Notes: generated from the sequence alone by a model not told the origin. Counted from the stretch's first letter, positions 45,222 through 55,905 are shown. The stretch is 64,000 nt of DNA from Acidobacteriota bacterium (GCA_040755995.1 JBFMAF010000024.1:224001-288000), one strand, 5' to 3'. Program-made: numbers and translations.

Positions 45222-46741
45222 TGAGCGAGCAAGAGACTGTGCCGGACCCGCGGACGGGAACCGGCGCTGCCAGCCTGGCCGGGCAGGTGATAGACGGATT
45301 CCAGGTCGAGTCGCTGCTCGGAGCCGGAGGAATGGGCGAAGTCTGGAAAGCGCGAGATGCGCGCCTGGACCGGCACGTGGCTTTGAAGATCGTCGCGGAA
45401 CCGTACGCCCGCGATCGCGAGTTCCGCGCGCGTTTCGAGCGGGAAGCTCGCGCAGCCTCGGCTCTGAACCACCCGAACGTCGCGCAGGTCTACTCGTTCG
45501 GTGAGTACTCCGGCCGTCCTTACTACGCGATGGAGTACGTCGAGGGCCAGTCGCTCGCCGACATCCTGAAGCAACAGGGGCGCATCTCCGGACTGAAGTG
45601 CCTCGAATACCTGGCTCAGGCGTGCGCGGGGCTGCGAGCTGCGCTGGAGAAGGGGATCGTGCACCGAGACATCAAGCCGGCCAATCTCATGCTGGATCCG
45701 AAGGGCTTTGTGAAGATTGTTGATTTCGGCCTCGCGAGGCGCATGGCCGACCCATCCACGATCACCAGGACGGACGCTGTGATCGGCACGCCGAACTACA
45801 TGTCGCCGGAGCAGGCGGTGGCTGCCGAGGTGGACCACCGTTCGGACATCTACTCGCTGGGAGCCACCTTCTATCACCTGTTCGCTGGTGAGCCTCCGTT
45901 CGAAGCCCCCACCCCCATCGCCCTCATAATGAAACACGTCGAAGAGCCTCTCCGCCCTCTGAAGCAGTGCAATCCCAGGGTGCCGACGCCGGTCTGCAGC
46001 ATCATAGAGAAGATGATGTCGAAACGTCCCGACGACCGGTACCAGGACTATGACGAGCTGCTGGCGGACATCGGCCGTGCGGAGGCGGGGAAGAGCGTGG
46101 TCGACGCCACCGGGGCGATGGAGCCACAGGTCCGTGCGATGGAGCCGAGCCTGCCGCGGGCTCTCCCTTCGCGCGGTCAGTGGATTCCTGTGGCGCTGAT
46201 CGGAGCTCTGGCTCTGTTGCTCGCGCTGCTTGCGCTGGAGCGCATGGGGATTCTGGGATTCTCGTTCATGGGATCATCGCGCGAGGGCCGGTCCACCAGC
46301 CAGCCCGTCCCTGCGTCGTCTGAAGGTGGATTGCGCTCCGGGTCTGGCGCCGCATCTCCAGCCGGGCCCGGCAGTGTCGCCGGAGGCAAGGAGGGGGCCG
46401 GTGGCATACCCTGGCCGTTCAACCAGATCGAGGAGGGAACGGTCGCTTATCAATCTGCCATGCGCGCGAAGACGCTCGCCAGCATGAAACGCCTGTCCAC
46501 ATTGATCGCAATGTACACGTCCGAACGGGGTATGCCGTTGTTGGACGTCGCGGAACTGAGAAGCGTCGACGAGGGGTATGCATATGGTCTCAAGGATGGC
46601 TGGGGCGGGGACATCAGGTACGAGCGCATGGGGGAGCTGGGGTATCGCCTCGTCTCGCCCGGGCCGGACGGCAGCCTCGGCACCGGCGACGATATCATCC
46701 TCGAGAGCCCGAGCGGCGGTGCGGCTCGGGTGCGGGGGTGA
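45221..46741 (+). CDS. Hanks-type Ser/Thr protein kinase with TM and C-terminal GspG-like domain
   Basis: GAGGMGEV, VALK, HRDIKPAN, DFG, GTPNYMSPE; TM; C-terminus DGWGGDIRY..YRLVSPGPDGSLGTGDDI. Confidence 0.92.
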   Translation: MSEQETVPDPRTGTGAASLAGQVIDGFQVESLLGAGGMGEVWKARDARLDRHVALKIVAEPYARDREFRARFEREARAASALNHPNVAQVYSFGEYSGRPYYAMEYVEGQSLADILKQQGRISGLKCLEYLAQACAGLRAALEKGIVHRDIKPANLMLDPKGFVKIVDFGLARRMADPSTITRTDAVIGTPNYMSPEQAVAAEVDHRSDIYSLGATFYHLFAGEPPFEAPTPIALIMKHVEEPLRPLKQCNPRVPTPVCSIIEKMMSKRPDDRYQDYDELLADIGRAEAGKSVVDATGAMEPQVRAMEPSLPRALPSRGQWIPVALIGALALLLALLALERMGILGFSFMGSSREGRSTSQPVPASSEGGLRSGSGAASPAGPGSVAGGKEGAGGIPWPFNQIEEGTVAYQSAMRAKTLASMKRLSTLIAMYTSERGMPLLDVAELRSVDEGYAYGLKDGWGGDIRYERMGELGYRLVSPGPDGSLGTGDDIILESPSGGAARVRG

Positions 46742-46767
46742 GCCGGCTGTCCGCGCCTGTCAGAAGG

Positions 46768-49137
46768 TCAGGGACTGAGGCGGCGCCAGGAGCCCTGGCC
46801 GTCGAGCTCGATCGACACCGCGCCGCTGAGATCAGTGCGAAGAACAGTGGCACGGTCGCCACGGAATGCTGCCACGACCGCAGGATTCGGCAGGTTCCAC
46901 GGATTGCCTTGCCCGGCTGAAATCACGACCACTTGCGGCCGTACGGCCGCCTGGAAACCGGCGGTCAGGTTCGACTTGCTCCCGTGATGCGGGCACTTCA
47001 GCAGCGTCGAGCGCATCGACAGGCCCGATTCCATAATGTCCTGGATACCTCGGGTCTCAATGTCTCCGGGCAGCAGCGCGGAGCTCTCGCCGAAGGTCAA
47101 TCTGAGGACGAGCGAGTCGTCGTTCCGGACCTTTGCATGCCGCTCGCGGCCGGCCGGACCCAGGACTTCGATCAGCACGGAACCGATACTGATCCGGTCG
47201 CCACGCGCAAGCTGCCTGACGGCGGTAGGCGCGGGAACAGCTCGACGAAACCGCGCGTAGAACGGGTCATCCAGGGGGTTGATCCCTTCCCAGACCTGAT
47301 CGACGCGGAAATTGGATACTATGTAGCGCAGGCCGTTGATGTGATCGGCGTGTGCGTGGGAGACGACGACGTAGTCGATTCGGGCGAAGCCGCGGTGGAA
47401 CAGGTATGGAGCCACGACGCTGGCGCCGAAGTCGAACGAATCGTCGTAGTTCCCGCCGCCATCCACAAGCATCCGCTCGCCGGTCGGAAATTCTACAAGC
47501 GTAGAATCGCCCTGGCCGACGTCGATGAATGTGAACCGGAGCCCGCGCGGAGGGAAGGTGAAGGGCCACGAGACGGAGAGAACGAACGTGAGCGCGATGG
47601 CCGAGAAGAGCGCGTAGCGCGCGATGCGGCGGCGGAACGGTACGAGCGATGCGATCAGCAGCGCGTAGAACGCCCAGATGACAAAGGCAGGGGAAGATGG
47701 CACGCGATACGAGACGATGGACGGAAAGGGGACGGCGTTCGAGAGCGCGAGGAAAAGCTGCGCTGCAAGCGAGATGAGCTTGCCGGTCCAGAGGCTGAGA
47801 TGGACGGAGACGTAGCTCGCCAGGTAGAACACGAGGCCGAGGCCGAGGATCAGGCCGGAGAGCGGTATGGCCGCGTAGTTCAGAGCGAGCCCGCAGAGGG
47901 TGACTCGATTGAAGTGATAGGCGAGGTAGGGGGCGAGGCCCAGCGTCGTCGAGAGGTTCACGGAAGTGAGGCTCCGGAACCAGCCCGCGCGTCCCTCCGT
48001 CCTGGCGATGGCTGTGATCCGTGGCACGAATACCACCAGGACGGCCGTGGCGAGGAAGGTAAGCTGGAAGCCGTAATCATACACGGCAGATGGGGACGCA
48101 GCCACCGTCAGCAGCAGCGCAATCGCCAGGGTGTTCATGAGCTGATGGTCACGGTACAGCAAGCGCCCCGCCAGGTAGACGGTGATCATCAGGAAGGAGC
48201 GAACCACCGACGGCTCGAATTCCACCATTGCGGCATACAACAGCATCGCCACGAATACCAGGACGATCACGATGCGCTCGGGAAGGCGGAGCACTCTCAG
48301 GAACATGAATAGAAACAGAGCGAACACGGCGAAGTTGCCGCCCGAGATGGCCAGCAGGTGATAAAGCCCCGAGCGCCGCATCGATTCCTGCACATCCTGC
48401 GGGAGACGCTCGCGTTCACCCAGGATCAGAGCAGCCGCAAGGTCTCCGGCTGCCACGCCGCGGGTGTTGATTCCCGCCAGACGACCAGCGAAGTCCTGCC
48501 GGATCTGCGCAGCCAGCCGCCGGAGGCTCCAGCCGCCGTCCGCTACTTTCCGCACGAGCGCCGGGCTCTTCGTATACCCTCGGTGATGGATCGACTCAGA
48601 TTTCAGATACGCGGCCTGGTCGAACGCACCAGGATTCCGAAACCCACCTGTCTCGAATACCCTCGCCGCAAACTCGACACGGTCGCCGGGCAGCAGCAGA
48701 GGGAGCGCCTCACCAGTCTGACTGTGTGGAATGGAGAGACGGAGGTTGAACTGGAGCCCGATCCGCGTATCTCTCCCGATCTCCATACTGTCTACGGCCA
48801 CGTCGAGCTGGTAGCGGTCGGGCAGCGGGCGCGGGAGGCGCAAAACGGTGCCCGTCATGTCGACGTATTCGGTGCGCGTCGCGCCGAGCAGCCCCGGTGA
48901 GAGCAAATGCGCCGAATAGGCCGCATCCTGCTCCAGACGATTGAGCCCCCCTGCAGGAATGAGTGCCGCCGAGGCGAGCATCGCCGCGAGCGCCACTCTG
49001 TCACGGCGGTAGCAGAGGATACCGACGCCCAGCACGGCCGCCGCCGCGAGCGCCAGCAGCCACATCGGAGCCGCCTCGGGGATCACCCAGGTGCCGGTCA
49101 AGAGCGCGATTGCGGGCAACAGCAGCGGCTGCTTCAC
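46768..49137 (-). CDS. comEC: DNA uptake channel ComEC/Rec2
   Basis: OB/DUF4131 region, GLYHLLAISG, GFQLTF, MBL domain (DVGQGD, SHAHADH, PHHGS); start approximate. Confidence 0.94.
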   Translation of the reverse strand: MKQPLLLPAIALLTGTWVIPEAAPMWLLALAAAAVLGVGILCYRRDRVALAAMLASAALIPAGGLNRLEQDAAYSAHLLSPGLLGATRTEYVDMTGTVLRLPRPLPDRYQLDVAVDSMEIGRDTRIGLQFNLRLSIPHSQTGEALPLLLPGDRVEFAARVFETGGFRNPGAFDQAAYLKSESIHHRGYTKSPALVRKVADGGWSLRRLAAQIRQDFAGRLAGINTRGVAAGDLAAALILGERERLPQDVQESMRRSGLYHLLAISGGNFAVFALFLFMFLRVLRLPERIVIVLVFVAMLLYAAMVEFEPSVVRSFLMITVYLAGRLLYRDHQLMNTLAIALLLTVAASPSAVYDYGFQLTFLATAVLVVFVPRITAIARTEGRAGWFRSLTSVNLSTTLGLAPYLAYHFNRVTLCGLALNYAAIPLSGLILGLGLVFYLASYVSVHLSLWTGKLISLAAQLFLALSNAVPFPSIVSYRVPSSPAFVIWAFYALLIASLVPFRRRIARYALFSAIALTFVLSVSWPFTFPPRGLRFTFIDVGQGDSTLVEFPTGERMLVDGGGNYDDSFDFGASVVAPYLFHRGFARIDYVVVSHAHADHINGLRYIVSNFRVDQVWEGINPLDDPFYARFRRAVPAPTAVRQLARGDRISIGSVLIEVLGPAGRERHAKVRNDDSLVLRLTFGESSALLPGDIETRGIQDIMESGLSMRSTLLKCPHHGSKSNLTAGFQAAVRPQVVVISAGQGNPWNLPNPAVVAAFRGDRATVLRTDLSGAVSIELDGQGSWRRLSP

Positions 49138-49247
49138 GGTCCCGGAGTGTAGCACACCTCGTATCCGCAGGCACGATTCGGGTATAATCGCCCGAGCAGA
49201 GGGCTGAGCCCCTGACACTGCTCTTATACTGTCGAAAGGAGATCTGA

Positions 49248-49712
49248 ATGAAAGGCAATGACAGGCTGATTCAAGTCCTGAACGCGCTGCTCGCAGACGA
49301 GCTTACCGCCATCAATCAGTACATGGTGCATTCCGAAATGTGCGCGAATTGGGGATACGAGAAGCTGCATGAGCACTTCGAGAAGCGCGCCGTCGATGAG
49401 ATGAAGCACGCCGAGAAGCTCATCGGAAGAATCCTGTTCCTGGAAGGCATTCCGGTCGTCTCGCAGTTGAACATGGTCCGCATCGGACCGGATGTTCCCA
49501 AAATGCTGTCAAACGATCACGAGGCGGAGGAAGGGGCGATCAAGGCTTACAACGAGGCTATCAGGCTCGCAGGCGAAGTGCCCGACTTCGCCACGCGAGA
49601 GATCCTCGAGCACATCCTGGACGACGAGGATCGCCACATCGACGAGATCGAGGCACTTCAGGACCAGATCTCGCAAATGAGTCTGCAGGTCTTCCTGAGC
49701 AGGCAGATCTAG
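49248..49712 (+). CDS. bfr: Bacterioferritin
   Basis: MKG..ELTAINQY..H, DEMKHAE.LI.RILFLEG.P, EDRH. Confidence 0.96.
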   Translation: MKGNDRLIQVLNALLADELTAINQYMVHSEMCANWGYEKLHEHFEKRAVDEMKHAEKLIGRILFLEGIPVVSQLNMVRIGPDVPKMLSNDHEAEEGAIKAYNEAIRLAGEVPDFATREILEHILDDEDRHIDEIEALQDQISQMSLQVFLSRQI

Positions 49713-49732
49713 ATCGGCGACCATACAGCGCG

Positions 49733-51085
49733 TCATGCACCGGGTCTACTCGTCGAATCCGTCGTGGACTCATGACGCGCCGTATCCTCCGGTCTGAGCA
49801 CCGCCATCGCCTCCAGGTGGTGCGTCTGCGGGAACATGTCGAAGGCCCGTAGATCGACCAGCTGGAAGCCGGACGCACGAAGGCGGCCGAGATCTCGGGC
49901 CAGGGTCGACGGCTCGCAGGAGAAGTACACAAGCAAGGGCGGCCGCATCGACCCCAGGTACTCGATGAGGGACCCATCCGATGCGAGTCCCGCACGTGGA
50001 GGGTCCACTACGACGACATCGGGTGACCCCGTCATGCCAGGGTCACGCAGAGAGGCGCACACATCGACCGCCAGGAACCGAAGGCCGCCCATGCCGGCGG
50101 CCTCCGCAGCATCGCGTGCCAGACGTATCGCATCTGCGTTCTCTTCGACTCCGACAACCGTCTCGAATCGATCGCCGAGGTGCTGGGTGAAGAAACCGGC
50201 GCCACAGTACAGATCCAGCGCCAGCCTGCCCGATGTCGGCAGCACGGCATCCAGGGCATCGAGAAGCGCCTGGTGCATGAAGCGGTTCGCCTGGAAGAAG
50301 CAGGTGGGCGATGCGAGGTAGGCGTGGCGCCCGACCCGCAACACAGCCCGGTCCTTGCCTGCCCGCTGCACGATGCGGTGAGCAGACCTGCCACCCGCGT
50401 CGCGAACAATGCCGACCCCGGCGCACCCGGGGATCCGAGCCAGATCTCGCACCAGTCCAGTGGGCGGTTCCCGATCCGTGCGCAGCCAGAGCAAAACCCC
50501 TTCGTCTGTCGACAGCGCGTCGATCTCGCCCATGCGGCCGAGCGCCCGCGTCTCAAGAGTGCATTTCAGATGCGGCAGGCAGGCGTTGAGCGGCTCGACC
50601 AGCAGCAGGCACCTCTCGACCGCGCAGACGACACGACTTCGATTGCGATAGAACCCGATATCGAGCCGACCCCCTGGCCACGCCGCCTTCAACGTCGCGC
50701 GAATGCGATAGCCGAATTCGGGCGAACGGACGACCGTCACGGGCCCATGCCAGTCGACACGCCCGACCCGGCGAAGCGTCTCGAGCAGCGCTCCTCCCTT
50801 GATTTCAATCTGGTACGCGTAATCTGCATGCTGTAGATCGCATCCGCCGCAGTCGCCATAGTAGGGGCACGGAGCCTCCCGGCGATGTGGATTCGGCTCG
50901 AGCAGATGCTCGGCCCGGGCCCACTTCACACCCTTCTCCTGATACGTCTTGCGCACCTCGATCGTCTCATCAGGCAGAACGAAGGGGACCAGGACGGTTT
51001 CGCCGGTGAGCGGCTGGCGCGCCAGCCCATAGCCCCCAGCGACGACCTTCTCGACCCGCAGCCTCAGCGCAGCGGCTCCTGCCAT
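49733..51085 (-). CDS. rlmD: 23S rRNA m5U methyltransferase (RlmD family)
   Basis: TRAM domain, CPYYGDCGGC, FFQAN, DLYCGAG, DPPRAG, YFSC.P.TLARD, DMFPQTHHLE. Confidence 0.93.
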   Translation of the reverse strand: MAGAAALRLRVEKVVAGGYGLARQPLTGETVLVPFVLPDETIEVRKTYQEKGVKWARAEHLLEPNPHRREAPCPYYGDCGGCDLQHADYAYQIEIKGGALLETLRRVGRVDWHGPVTVVRSPEFGYRIRATLKAAWPGGRLDIGFYRNRSRVVCAVERCLLLVEPLNACLPHLKCTLETRALGRMGEIDALSTDEGVLLWLRTDREPPTGLVRDLARIPGCAGVGIVRDAGGRSAHRIVQRAGKDRAVLRVGRHAYLASPTCFFQANRFMHQALLDALDAVLPTSGRLALDLYCGAGFFTQHLGDRFETVVGVEENADAIRLARDAAEAAGMGGLRFLAVDVCASLRDPGMTGSPDVVVVDPPRAGLASDGSLIEYLGSMRPPLLVYFSCEPSTLARDLGRLRASGFQLVDLRAFDMFPQTHHLEAMAVLRPEDTARHESTTDSTSRPGA

Positions 51086-51894
51086 GCGAAGCCCACAGTG
51101 ACGCCGTAGCAGAAGCTGTTCTCGTTGAGCCCCTTGCTGATCCCCAGGTCGAACACGAAGTTCCTCCGGCGGACTCGGGCCCCGACGAGCGCGTTGTGCA
51201 CGTCGTCGGCCCCGGGATCGCCCGGGCCGGCCCGGCCGGACAGCTCGATCAGCGGGCTGACCTTACTACGGTTGTAGACAAGCGCCACGCCATAGCGGAA
51301 CAGGTCGTTCTGTGAGCGCGGTGCCTGCGGATTGTCGATGATCACGAATCCGGAGTTGAGATGCAGCTCGAAGCGTCGACCGACCCAGCTCGCGAGCACG
51401 TCCGCGCGAAAGTCCATCGAATTGATGCCGAGGTCGTAAAGATCCTTGGTTGTGGGCAGGCGAACGCCGGCGCGAAGCGCCATGGAGGTGGAATCGAGCA
51501 GCCGTGGGATTTGGAACTTGACCGAGAGTGTCGAGTCACCCGCATCCCAATGGTCGCGTGTGATGTCGTGGAGAAGCAACGGCACGCGAAGCTCGACCTC
51601 CACATTGTCCGCGACCCCATACGAGACGCCCGTGTCGAGAAGCAGAAGCTCATCGATCTTCACGCGGCCGAACGGGAGGTAGAGTTGGTCAAGGTAGGTC
51701 GCACCGGATTCGACCCGCAGGATGCCACGCGGCAGGCCGGACGCGGACTCCACTTGAATGAAAGGGCGGTCCTGGCCGCAGGCGGATCGAGCCAAGCCGA
51801 AACAGGCTGCCAGTACTCCCAGAGCGGCCGCGACCCTTGGCCTGCGGGCGCCCGCACGGCCCATGATCACTGTCGATCGCTCATTATTGGTCAT
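51064..51894 (-). CDS. Hypothetical exported beta-barrel-like protein
   Basis: Signal peptide, alternating amphipathic strands, YGVTVGFAW near C-terminus; overlaps neighbouring genes as an operon. Confidence 0.65.
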   Translation of the reverse strand: MTNNERSTVIMGRAGARRPRVAAALGVLAACFGLARSACGQDRPFIQVESASGLPRGILRVESGATYLDQLYLPFGRVKIDELLLLDTGVSYGVADNVEVELRVPLLLHDITRDHWDAGDSTLSVKFQIPRLLDSTSMALRAGVRLPTTKDLYDLGINSMDFRADVLASWVGRRFELHLNSGFVIIDNPQAPRSQNDLFRYGVALVYNRSKVSPLIELSGRAGPGDPGADDVHNALVGARVRRRNFVFDLGISKGLNENSFCYGVTVGFAWQEPLR

Positions 51895-52591
51895 CGAGTC
51901 TGAATCGGTCTGACGAGACCGGCACGTTCAGCTGCAAGTTGCGGTACTCGCACCGCTCGTACAGCCTGTCGGGCTGGTCGTAGATCTCGATGCCGACGGG
52001 GAGCTTGTTTGCGCGGTCCACGGTGACGACGGCACGTGCACAGGAGTAAGCCGGTCGGGCCTCCCGGAACTCCAGCTGCAGTTGTATGCAGGGCATCTTC
52101 TCCCAATACTCAAGCACAGTTTGCATTGTCACTTCATTGCGTTCGAGGCCGCGCTTGCAGTTCTCGCCCACGATCTCGATCATGCGTCCGATACCCACGT
52201 CGGTCACGGGATGGTGGTTGCCCTGCAAGGCGCGCGGGTCGTCAGGCTGGAGAGAGAAAGGAAGGAAGCTCAGGAGGCCACCGCGGCGCCCGCGGAGTCT
52301 GCCCTTGTACTGTCCTGCCACGTAGACGATTTCCTGCCCCTTGAACCTCTCGCCGATCCATTTCATGTACACCTTGAACGGTTTCTGGAACACGAGCTCT
52401 ATCGTCTCTTCGGGAGCCATTTCGCTATCCAGGCGCTCCTGCTTGATCAGCGTGGCCGTGTAAGAGTCAACCGCGTCGTACGCCGTTGCCATCTCGGCCA
52501 GAACCTTCGCCGGCTGGGGCGGCCTTTCGGCCGCATGGGCGAGCGAGGCCGCGAGAACGAGCGCGACCGTGCAGATGATGACCTTCTTCAT
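51884..52591 (-). CDS. DUF1571-like exported protein (LolA-like)
   Basis: Signal peptide, YTATLIKQER, KPFKVYMKW, GQE.VYV.G, HPVTDVGIG. Confidence 0.75.
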   Translation of the reverse strand: MKKVIICTVALVLAASLAHAAERPPQPAKVLAEMATAYDAVDSYTATLIKQERLDSEMAPEETIELVFQKPFKVYMKWIGERFKGQEIVYVAGQYKGRLRGRRGGLLSFLPFSLQPDDPRALQGNHHPVTDVGIGRMIEIVGENCKRGLERNEVTMQTVLEYWEKMPCIQLQLEFREARPAYSCARAVVTVDRANKLPVGIEIYDQPDRLYERCEYRNLQLNVPVSSDRFRLDDQ

Positions 52592-52807
52592 CCGGTGCAT
52601 TCTATACAGCGCGTCGTAAGTCCACAATAGGTCACAATCCTGCGGCCTCGCCTTTGCATTGGTGAACGTGGACGATCCTTGTCTGCTGCATCGTTAAGTT
52701 GCCAGCCCGGCATAACCGCCCTTGCACCTCGATCCGAGTGTCCATATGCTCTGCGGGTGGGCAGTGGACAGCCGATGCGAATGAGACGGGTGCGAGAGGA
52801 GAGTGTC

Positions 52808-53707
52808 GTGGCACCAACGGCGTCGCCCGCTCTGCTGATCGCCGATCTCGACCACACGCTCTGGGACTGGGCGTCTTTCATCGTCCCGTCGCTCAGGGCG
52901 ATGGTCGCGTCGATCGAGGGATCGACCTGTTATTCGTGCCGATTCATCCTTCGCGCGCTCCGGCAGACCTACCAGGAGCACGGCACCGTCGAGTACGCGT
53001 TTGCTTTGCAGGAGTCGGCCATCTGGAGGCGGTGGGTGCGCGATCGTCGCGGGACGTTGGACGAGTTCTTACGGGAGGTGGTGGACCCGGCGAGCGCCGC
53101 GTTTGCGAGTGAGCGCCGGGCGCGGCTCGCCGCCTACCCCGGCGTTCACGCCACGCTACACCGGCTGAAGCAGCAGTCGGTGCGGGTCGCCGGCCTGACC
53201 GACGCGCCGGCGTTCCCCGCCGAACAACGGCTCAAATACTGCGGACTCGACGACTGCTTCGACGCCCTCTATGCGCTCAAGAACTACCACATACCGCGAA
53301 GCCCGTCGGGGCAGTGGCGGGTCAAGCCGGAGATCCTGCGGCGCATGCGCTCGGGCCACTACCGTTCCATGGTGCCGCGCGTCGTGCAGATCCCTGCGCG
53401 CCATCAGAAGCCTGACCCGCGGGGCGTCCTGCGAATCTTACGGGACTTCGACGTCCGTCCCCACCGTGCGATCTACCTGGGCGACTCGCTCCACAAGGAT
53501 GGTGGCGCCGCGCGCGCCGCCGGCGTGCGCTTCGTCTGGGCGCGCTACGGAACGCACCTGAGCGACGAGCTCTTGGAGGAGCTCTCGTTGTACACGCCGG
53601 CCGAGGTGCGCCGCCGCAACTGCAGTCCGCAGGCAGGCGAGACACACAGGCGATCGGAGATCGAGTGCTTCGCGGACATCCTGCGGGAGCTGGATTCGCT
53701 GCGCTGA
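52808..53707 (+). CDS. HAD-family hydrolase (start approximate)
   Basis: DLDHTL motif I, LTD, KPDP, YLGDSLHKD. Confidence 0.85.
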   Translation: MAPTASPALLIADLDHTLWDWASFIVPSLRAMVASIEGSTCYSCRFILRALRQTYQEHGTVEYAFALQESAIWRRWVRDRRGTLDEFLREVVDPASAAFASERRARLAAYPGVHATLHRLKQQSVRVAGLTDAPAFPAEQRLKYCGLDDCFDALYALKNYHIPRSPSGQWRVKPEILRRMRSGHYRSMVPRVVQIPARHQKPDPRGVLRILRDFDVRPHRAIYLGDSLHKDGGAARAAGVRFVWARYGTHLSDELLEELSLYTPAEVRRRNCSPQAGETHRRSEIECFADILRELDSLR

Positions 53708-53827
53708 TAGTAGACGGGGCAGGCAAGGCGGAGCCTGCAGGGGAGCGCCACGTTCGATGGGTCGCCCGCTGGCGGGCCGACGGGCCGACGCTGGCGGATC
53801 TCAATCCGCCGAATCGGTGCTAGAATA

Positions 53828-53905
53828 CGGAGAGCGAGACGTGTGACGGGCTTGCAGGGCAAGGTGATCGCTCCGCTTGATCTGGTTCAGGAGATTGAGA
53901 AATGA
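53828..53905 (+). pseudogene. 3' remnant of a PIN-like toxin gene
   Basis: Frame ending at TGA 53905 reads RRARRVTGLQGKVIAPLDLVQEIEK*, with ATGA overlap into the next gene; no recognisable upstream part. Confidence 0.45.
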
Positions 53906-54111
53906 TTACCGAATTGAAACCGTTGGTGGAAATCAATCGGCAGGGCATTCGCTTGCTGTACCAGGAGTTAGGCGTCGTGAATGCAGTCAGATTCCTCAGA
54001 CAATTCACGGCCGGCTTCGGCGATTACACCAGAGAACGCGAAGTCCTGTTCAGGACAAGGACGCTTGAAGAGATTGTGGCTGAAATAGAAAAGCAGCGCC
54101 CATCGTCCTAA
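53902..54111 (+). CDS. Small conserved protein, antitoxin-like partner of PIN toxins
   Basis: AGGAG upstream; GIRLLYQELGVVNAVRFLRQF..G.GDYTRER pattern; lower GC than flanks. Confidence 0.7.
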   Translation: MITELKPLVEINRQGIRLLYQELGVVNAVRFLRQFTAGFGDYTREREVLFRTRTLEEIVAEIEKQRPSS

Positions 54112-54309
54112 CATGTGCGACCGGGGAGGCGGAGTTTGCAACCAACCATGCTCTTGCGTGCGCGTCTGCAGGCCGCATTGCGTTTCTCGCTGCCATACCC
54201 GTGCCCGACCAACGCCGGGAACGGGCACGGGTAACGGTACGGGTCCGAAGGTGCATCTTAAGTTTCTTCCGCACGCGGCCCATTCTGCCGATGTACAGCC
54301 CGCACCTCC

Positions 54310-55905
54310 ATGCCCGCACGAGCGAAGCTGATCGTTTTCAGGGCGCTGGACCTGCTGGCCAGTGTCTGCAGCATCGCCTCGGTGTTGCTGCTGGTGCTCC
54401 CCGACATCGACGTGCCTGTCGCCGGCGGCTTCGTACGACTCGCAGGGCCGAGGAATCAGTTTCTGGTCGCCCTTTGGTGCGTCATCGCGATGCGCAGCCT
54501 GGTACCATCCAAGCGACCCTGGATCTTCTCTGTTGCAGACCGGATCGCTGCGTCCGTGGGATCGGGACGGGCGACAGTTCTATTCCTGATCGCCGCAGGC
54601 TGGCTGCTCTCGCTGGTATTCTACGGGAGGGGGGCGGTGATCGAGGGGGATGGCGCATATTACTATGCGTTTCTGCGCTCCTCGCTGATGGACCGGGACC
54701 TCAACTTCCGGAATGAGTTGGGGTACTATGCCAGCCAGTCGGATTCGGTCTCCGACTGCGAGGTCAACGGCGCCACAGGGTTGGTCAGCAACCCGTTCTC
54801 TATCGGACCCGCAATCCTATGGTCGCCGTTTTTTCTCATTGGACATGGGTATGCCTGGACGACGGGAGCCGCAGTCGATGGGTACTCCGCGCCGTACGAG
54901 GCCGCGGTCATTCTCGGAACGCAGGTATACGCCGCACTGGGTATTCTGCTTACGATGGGAGTGGTCCGGCGGGTGGTTGGCGCTCACGCTCCCTTGTGGT
55001 CGGTGCTTGGATTGTGGCTGGCCTCCCCGCTCGTGGAGTACTTCAGGTTTGCAGCTTCCATGTCCCACGCGCACTCTGTGTTCGCCGTATCGCTCTTCCT
55101 GTATCTGTATGTGAAGGTGGAGAGCGACCAGAGGCCGAGGGACTGGATTGCGCTGGGCATCGCCGGGGGTCTGGTGTTTCTCGTCCGCTGGCAGGATGCG
55201 ACTTTCTGTCTCTTGCCACTTGTGGCGCTGTTTCGCGGAAAGCGACTGCGCGACGCAGTTGCTGACGGGTACCTCTACGCCGGCTCGTTCTTCCTCGTGG
55301 CCCTTCCACAGCTGATGGTGTTCAAGGTCCTGTACGGCGGATGGGTGACCGTGCCCCAAGGAAGCGGCTTCGTCGGCATTCTGCCCCGGTACATCTGGCA
55401 TGTCCTCTTCTCGACCAACCACGGCCTCCTCACGTGGCATCCGGTTTTCGTCCTCTGTCTCGGGGGACTCGCATGGGGGGCGGCGCGACGACTGCGGCAA
55501 CACCGGCTGCTCCTGGTCGGTCTCCTCCTCCAGCTCTACGTCAACGCCAGCATCACGCAATGGTGGGCGGGGCATAGCTTCGGCGCCAGGCGATTCCTCG
55601 GTTGCTTTGCGCTCTTCGCAGTCGGCATCGCGACCACCATGAACTGGAGGGCCCTGCAGGGGCGACGAGGTCACGCGGTGATCTTCGCGTTGTGCGTTCT
55701 CAACTACGCCCTGTGGCAGACCTGGAAGAGTGGCCTGCTTCCACCAGAAGGGCTGGTGTCGATATCAGAATTCGTGGGAGCCGTCCTCGGAGGTGCTACA
55801 TCAATAGGTGCCAAGACAGCAGCCACCATCGTAGGCATCGGGCTTTTGGCCCTCGGGGACGGGCCGACGAGGCAACAAGGGTGGAGGAACGAGGAGCTCC
55901 AGTAA
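54310..55905 (+). CDS. GT-C-type (PMT-like) integral membrane glycosyltransferase
   Basis: GDG.YYY..LRS...D.DL.F.NE, many TMs, LVRWQD, HGLL.W.P, WW.G.SFGARRF. Confidence 0.75.
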   Translation: MPARAKLIVFRALDLLASVCSIASVLLLVLPDIDVPVAGGFVRLAGPRNQFLVALWCVIAMRSLVPSKRPWIFSVADRIAASVGSGRATVLFLIAAGWLLSLVFYGRGAVIEGDGAYYYAFLRSSLMDRDLNFRNELGYYASQSDSVSDCEVNGATGLVSNPFSIGPAILWSPFFLIGHGYAWTTGAAVDGYSAPYEAAVILGTQVYAALGILLTMGVVRRVVGAHAPLWSVLGLWLASPLVEYFRFAASMSHAHSVFAVSLFLYLYVKVESDQRPRDWIALGIAGGLVFLVRWQDATFCLLPLVALFRGKRLRDAVADGYLYAGSFFLVALPQLMVFKVLYGGWVTVPQGSGFVGILPRYIWHVLFSTNHGLLTWHPVFVLCLGGLAWGAARRLRQHRLLLVGLLLQLYVNASITQWWAGHSFGARRFLGCFALFAVGIATTMNWRALQGRRGHAVIFALCVLNYALWQTWKSGLLPPEGLVSISEFVGAVLGGATSIGAKTAATIVGIGLLALGDGPTRQQGWRNEELQ

